Source: Minisyncoccia bacterium (GTDB lineage Bacteria > Patescibacteriota > Minisyncoccia > Phycocordibacterales > UBA918). From it: DNA of 64,000 nucleotides. The DNA lies in NCBI GenBank assembly GCA_041750655.1, contig JBGSYZ010000017.1:68142-132141 (forward strand). Direction: 5' to 3'. The notes below the pieces were generated by a model, which was given only the letters and a program-made list of their open reading frames with translations, had not been told where the DNA came from and did not search any database. The position numbers and the translations under genes are program-made. Shown here in pieces: positions 59,695 through 64,000 of the stretch. The first letter of the stretch is position 1; every line of letters begins with the position of its first letter.

Positions 59695-61074
59695 ATGGAT
59701 TCAACAAATACCCGACAACGTCGGACAGGTTCGGCACGTGGCCGCTCATTTTCTAGTAGTAAACCAAAAACAGCAGACAGCGCTCGTTCTGGTGGTAATT
59801 TTCGCGGTGCCCGCAGCGGTGGCTCAAGTGCTGGTGCCCGCAGCGGTGGCAGCAGCTTTCGCGGCGCCCGTAGTAGCGGTCCATCACGTGGTGGACGTAG
59901 TTTTGGAGGAGGCGACCGTAATCGTGGTGGACGCGGTGGTGGACGAGCAATGCCAACTTTTGACCCAACCCAATTTATAAACAAAAACCCGGTAAAGGTG
60001 GAACAGGTTGCCTACGTGGCCACTCACAAGTTTAGTGATTTTGATATCGACAAACGCTTGGTAGATACCATTGCCAGCATGGGTATTACTTCACCGTCAC
60101 CGATTCAAGACCAAATCATTCCTCATATTTTAGAAGGTAAGGACGTGGTTGGTTTGGCTGAAACAGGAACCGGTAAGACAGCAGCTTTCTTGGTACCACT
60201 GATTGAACTCACGAAAAAACACCACGGGACTCAGACTCTTATTTTGACTCCAACCCGTGAGTTGGCACTTCAAGTAGAAGCTGAGTTGCGTAAATTAGCA
60301 AAGAACTTTAATTTCTTCTCAACTGTGTGTGTGGGCGGAACCAATATTCGTCCGCAGATTCGCGGAGTCCGACGTAAAAACCATTTCATTATTGGTACAC
60401 CGGGTCGGGTTATGGACTTGATTGACCGTGGTGATTTACAAACAGACAAGTTCACGACCGTAGTACTCGATGAAGCCGACCGAATGCTCGACATGGGTTT
60501 TATTCATGATATGCGCAAAATTCTCGAGGATATTCGAGAAGATCGTCATACATTATTCTTTTCTGCCACTATGGACGAGAAGACTAAGGGTCTGGTAAAA
60601 GACTTTATGAAAGACCCGGTGATGGTGTCAGTAAAGAAGCGAGATGTGACCGATAGTATTGTGCAAGATGTAGTGCCGTTCACGCATGATAAAAAATTTG
60701 AAAAACTAGTTGAACTTCTTAAGAAAGATGAGTTTGCGAGAGTACTTGTTTTTGGTTCAATGAAGCATAGTGTAGAAAAGCTCGGAAAAGAACTCAACCA
60801 AAACGGCATTTCTGCTGATTCAATTCATGGCAACAAGAGTCATCCCCAACGACAGCGCTCATTGGCTAAGTTCAAGAATGGCCAGATAAAAGTGTTGGTA
60901 GCGACTGACGTAGCGGCTCGTGGTATCCACGTTGATAATGTGTCGCATGTTATCAACTACGATCTACCAAACACTTTTGAGGATTACGTACACCGTATTG
61001 GTCGTACTGGTCGTGGTGATAAGTTTGGAAAAGCGTTGACGTTTGTCCAAGATAAACCGCAACATCGACGATAA
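59695..61074 (+). CDS. DEAD-box ATP-dependent RNA helicase with N-terminal Arg/Gly/Ser-rich disordered region
   Basis: Q-motif, Walker A AETGTGKT, DEAD (VLDEADRMLDMGF), SAT and HRIGRTGR motifs. The N-terminal about 95 aa are RGG/RSGG repeats. Confidence 0.85.
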   Translation: MDSTNTRQRRTGSARGRSFSSSKPKTADSARSGGNFRGARSGGSSAGARSGGSSFRGARSSGPSRGGRSFGGGDRNRGGRGGGRAMPTFDPTQFINKNPVKVEQVAYVATHKFSDFDIDKRLVDTIASMGITSPSPIQDQIIPHILEGKDVVGLAETGTGKTAAFLVPLIELTKKHHGTQTLILTPTRELALQVEAELRKLAKNFNFFSTVCVGGTNIRPQIRGVRRKNHFIIGTPGRVMDLIDRGDLQTDKFTTVVLDEADRMLDMGFIHDMRKILEDIREDRHTLFFSATMDEKTKGLVKDFMKDPVMVSVKKRDVTDSIVQDVVPFTHDKKFEKLVELLKKDEFARVLVFGSMKHSVEKLGKELNQNGISADSIHGNKSHPQRQRSLAKFKNGQIKVLVATDVAARGIHVDNVSHVINYDLPNTFEDYVHRIGRTGRGDKFGKALTFVQDKPQHRR

Positions 61075-61091
61075 TCGCTTGCGATTAGAAT

Positions 61092-61123
61092 AAAAGCAGC
61101 GCGCCCTCGGGCGCGCTGCTTTT
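61092..61123. terminator. Bidirectional terminator
   Basis: aaaagcagcgcgccc-tcgg-gcgcgctgctttt. Confidence 0.75.
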
Positions 61124-61126
61124 ATT

Positions 61127-62392
61127 CTACACACTCTCACCAGCCACCCAGCCAGTCGTCCAGCATAATTGAAGAGAGAAACCACCTGATGGACGATTTA
61201 TGTTAAGCACATCACCGGTAAAGAATAAATTAGGGACAATCTTTGAGGCCATAGTCTTGGTGTCAATTTCACTCAGGTCTACACCACCATCGCTTATAAC
61301 TGCCCAATCCATACCCATAGTGCCGGTGATAGTCAGGGGCATAGCTTTGAGACGATCCACGAGCTCGAGCCGTACTTCCTTAGGGATGCTGTGTACTTTC
61401 ATGTCACATAGCTCTGGTGAAAGCTGTGCCGCGACTGCGCCGTCCATTCCGTGCGGGACAAATTCCTTGAGTACATTCTTCAAAGCTTTATTTTTATTTA
61501 TATTGAATACTTCAATCACTCGGTTTCGTAACGTGCCGATTTCAGTGTCAGGGTACATATCTATCGCACTCGGCACCGGGCCATTTTTCAAAAGCTGCTT
61601 CACTTCGTGCGCAGCATTTAGGATCAGTGGGCCAGATACACCAAAATGGGTAAAAAGAATTTTGCCTGTTTTTGAAAACCTGCCAATGCCGCTGGGTGTG
61701 TTCTTGCGTCGGTCTGTCCCAAACGTAATTTTCATGAAAGAGAGAGTGGTGCCGGAGATGCGTTTAACCCACTCTTCCTCAACAGTCAGCGGCACTATAT
61801 TGGGGTTGGGGGAGTGGACTGTATGTCCAAATTCCTTGAGCCACTCCACTCCTTCGCCAGTTGAGCCGGTTTCTTTATGAGCGGCTCCTCCAGTAGCCAA
61901 AATAAATTTTTTGGCAAATAAGTCGCCATTGTTGGTATTGATGCCGATAATTTCTCCATCTTTGGTAATAAAACCATCAACTCGGGTTTTGGTCTTGAGT
62001 TCAACCCGATTATCAATACAGTATTGACGCATTACTTTGGTCACATCGGGAGCAGACTGGGTTTCCGGGAAAGCTCGCTTACGAGCTTCGACTACAATTG
62101 GTAGTCCGTGTGATTCAAAGAATTCACGAGATTCTTTCATACCGTGCTTAGAGAAAGGGGAGAAGAGGAACTTTGCGGCTTCACCATAATTTTCAAGCAG
62201 CGTTCGTGTGTCCTCCTCGGCATTGAGGATATTGCAGCGGCCACCACCAGTGATAGATAGTTTCTTGCCTAAATCTTTGTTTTTTTCCACGAGTAATACC
62301 CGTAAACCGCGCTCAGCGGCCCGACCAGCAGCCATCATGCCAGATGCTCCACCGCCTATTACTATAACGTCGTAGTCTCGTCCTGTTGACAT
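61127..62392 (-). CDS. HI0933-family FAD-dependent flavoprotein (aminoacetone-oxidase/BaiN-like)
   Basis: DVIVIGGGASGMMAA Rossmann motif, GGGRCN signature and a C-terminal GG-x-GY region. Confidence 0.75.
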   Translation of the reverse strand: MSTGRDYDVIVIGGGASGMMAAGRAAERGLRVLLVEKNKDLGKKLSITGGGRCNILNAEEDTRTLLENYGEAAKFLFSPFSKHGMKESREFFESHGLPIVVEARKRAFPETQSAPDVTKVMRQYCIDNRVELKTKTRVDGFITKDGEIIGINTNNGDLFAKKFILATGGAAHKETGSTGEGVEWLKEFGHTVHSPNPNIVPLTVEEEWVKRISGTTLSFMKITFGTDRRKNTPSGIGRFSKTGKILFTHFGVSGPLILNAAHEVKQLLKNGPVPSAIDMYPDTEIGTLRNRVIEVFNINKNKALKNVLKEFVPHGMDGAVAAQLSPELCDMKVHSIPKEVRLELVDRLKAMPLTITGTMGMDWAVISDGGVDLSEIDTKTMASKIVPNLFFTGDVLNINRPSGGFSLQLCWTTGWVAGESV

Positions 62393-62485
62393 AGTGGCGG
62401 AATGTTAGCACAGTTTTAGCTTAAAATAAAGGGTTTTTGGGTTTACAAAGTTTTGTGCTCGGTATAGTGTAGGCGCAGATATAAA

Positions 62486-63598
62486 TTGCTCAGCACAAGG
62501 AGTTCTGGCATGTACATCGCACAAACTGTTCAATCAGTTGCTAACGGCACCCATCCGCTTCTGTCGGTCATTCTTGATAGAAGCGAGTGTGTCGATATGG
62601 CATTTATCAAACGGGTGATGAGTCTTGGCCAATTTTCTTGGCACGGCCGCCGGCCTATGGCCAGTATCGACAAAGATGGCAACGAACGTACAACCGACCT
62701 GGACTTGCTTTCGGTACTTGTTGAATTACAACGCCGACGAGCCCGCATTGAACTTCCAGGGTATGACAATCAGTTGCCATGGAAAGTTACCGCTAACGAA
62801 CAACATGTCGGAACAAAACGGTATGGGCCGATAGTACAGCTCATTTCTCACCAGGAACACCTATCGTTCTCGGTTCGTATTTTTGATGAGTCAATAGTTC
62901 GGACTGAAGGTGATGTGACTCGAGGGGCCGAGCGTTCCTATATGATGGTCAATCACGATGGTGAATGGCATGCGGGCTGGAAGGGTCTCACGTGGGAGCA
63001 TACCGTCGATGAGCAGAGGTTTTTCGATAAGCGGCATATTCTGCCACAAGACGGACAACTTCGTTTCAAGTACTACGTTCACCCTAATCGGCGACAGAGT
63101 TTTTTTGCACAAGCATATTTGCTCATGAAGCTTCTATTGCGTAAGCTGAATGAGGAGATTGACTTCTACGCTGATCAACTTCGTCGTTTGCGACAGGCTG
63201 GGGTCACGGTGCCGGAAGATTGTAAAGCCAAAGAACGGCCGATACTGGCTCGAGGTGATACTCGCAATGAGTTCAGACGTCGTTTCTGGGTTCATCTGCA
63301 AGGTCTTGATTTTGTCGGTAATTTTCCATTGGTTACCCAGGATGAGGCCGGCTATCGCCAAGCTTTTAGGCGGCACAAGGAGCTACTAGAAGAACTTCGG
63401 CCAACTCTGCAGTTTATGGTGCGGGCGGATGAGGTAGCTTTCTATCTCTATGGCTACAAGCAAGGCTTCACACCATGGTGGATTGAAGGTCCTGAATGGT
63501 CCCGTACTAGTTCCGGCAGCCACAAGATTGAGCTATGTGGTCGGCTCGCATTGGAGTGCCACTCCGACGAAGTCCCGGTGGAAGTGGCAGCAGACTGA
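62486..63598 (+). CDS. Hypothetical protein (370 aa), Arg/Trp-rich, compositionally atypical
   Basis: Long ORF with no recognised motifs. Visibly GC-richer than neighbouring genes. Flanked by strong terminators (61092..61123; 63670..63698 ggccggcgc-gaaa-gcgccggcc). Confidence 0.4.
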   Translation: MLSTRSSGMYIAQTVQSVANGTHPLLSVILDRSECVDMAFIKRVMSLGQFSWHGRRPMASIDKDGNERTTDLDLLSVLVELQRRRARIELPGYDNQLPWKVTANEQHVGTKRYGPIVQLISHQEHLSFSVRIFDESIVRTEGDVTRGAERSYMMVNHDGEWHAGWKGLTWEHTVDEQRFFDKRHILPQDGQLRFKYYVHPNRRQSFFAQAYLLMKLLLRKLNEEIDFYADQLRRLRQAGVTVPEDCKAKERPILARGDTRNEFRRRFWVHLQGLDFVGNFPLVTQDEAGYRQAFRRHKELLEELRPTLQFMVRADEVAFYLYGYKQGFTPWWIEGPEWSRTSSGSHKIELCGRLALECHSDEVPVEVAAD

Positions 63599-63703
63599 CG
63601 AAAAGAGTACATACTTTAAAAGCACAGTGGTTTGTCTACTGTGCTTTTTCTTTTACGTGTATTAGAAATGGCCGGCGCGAAAGCGCCGGCCAGCTTTTAC
63701 CCT

Positions 63704-63940
63704 TTAATCTCTAACCGTAAGCACCTCAGTCAGAGTTCTTCTTTTCCGGTGCAACCCAGCGATAATTGCTTCTGGGATAGCTTCAATCCAGATTGAATCA
63801 TCATTTGTACACCATCTCCACCAAGGGTCCTCATGGAACGCACCGGTTTTAAATTGAGCAATAAATTCCTGGCAAAGTACTCTGTCTACCCCTGGTTCTA
63901 GCATGAATTGAAGTCCTTGTGTACATTTTTTGCCTATCAC
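63704..63940 (-). CDS. Hypothetical protein (ORF starts close to window end)
   Basis: 78-aa ORF, Trp-rich, with no family recognised. Confidence 0.25.
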   Translation of the reverse strand: MIGKKCTQGLQFMLEPGVDRVLCQEFIAQFKTGAFHEDPWWRWCTNDDSIWIEAIPEAIIAGLHRKRRTLTEVLTVRD

Positions 63941-64000
63941 ATGGCGTACCAGAGGGATATAGGTATTATCTTTAAATACATATACTGGTTTTAACTCTGT

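Overview
Most of this window reads as a compact, gene-dense, low-to-moderate GC bacterial chromosome segment dominated by housekeeping genes, with one clearly accessory region at about 47.7-52.5 kb. The lineage is probably a small-genome bacterium, perhaps CPR/Patescibacteria-like, but that is low confidence.

Housekeeping content recognised from motifs:
- tatC/tatA at the left edge.
- A dnaG-rpoD pair.
- A UvrD-like helicase fused to a PD-(D/E)XK nuclease.
- uppP, hisS, prmC, class I fructose-bisphosphate aldolase, truB, tag, and a DEAD-box helicase.
- A Fur-family regulator divergent from a ZIP zinc transporter.
- An alpha-glucan cluster (GT / GH57 / GH15).
- A complete F1Fo ATP synthase operon (atpB-E-F-H-A-G-D-C).
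- A phosphoketolase-acetate kinase operon (xfp-ackA).

The most unusual region is a tRNA-Asn locus at about 48.4-50.8 kb:
- One intact tRNA-Asn(GTT) is preceded by two truncated 5' copies and followed by three 3' fragments.
- Each fragment is flanked by a hairpin-rich module. Compensatory base changes between module copies preserve the stems.
- The fragments delimit short cassettes carrying tiny ORFs.
- This looks like a piled-up site-specific integration hotspot with no integrase inside the window.

Other points worth a second look:
- Three small insertions sit inside the atp operon. One is an antisense mini-gene flanked by a 20-bp perfect palindrome.
- A four-gene membrane redox module on the minus strand encodes an FNR-like reductase, an ApbE flavin transferase, a ferric-reductase transmembrane component, and a secreted protein with a His/Glu-rich tail.
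- DnaG has lost three of its four zinc-ribbon ligands. This co-occurs with a Cys-less L33 and the zinc regulon.
- Two perfect or near-perfect hairpins lie in-frame inside prmC.
- A histone H1-like lysine-rich module is shared by RpoD and a small protein in the glucan cluster.
- The leader and start of tag are tandemly duplicated.
- A phage-like structural module sits at 1.2-6.4 kb.

No CRISPR array, rRNA or transposase was seen.
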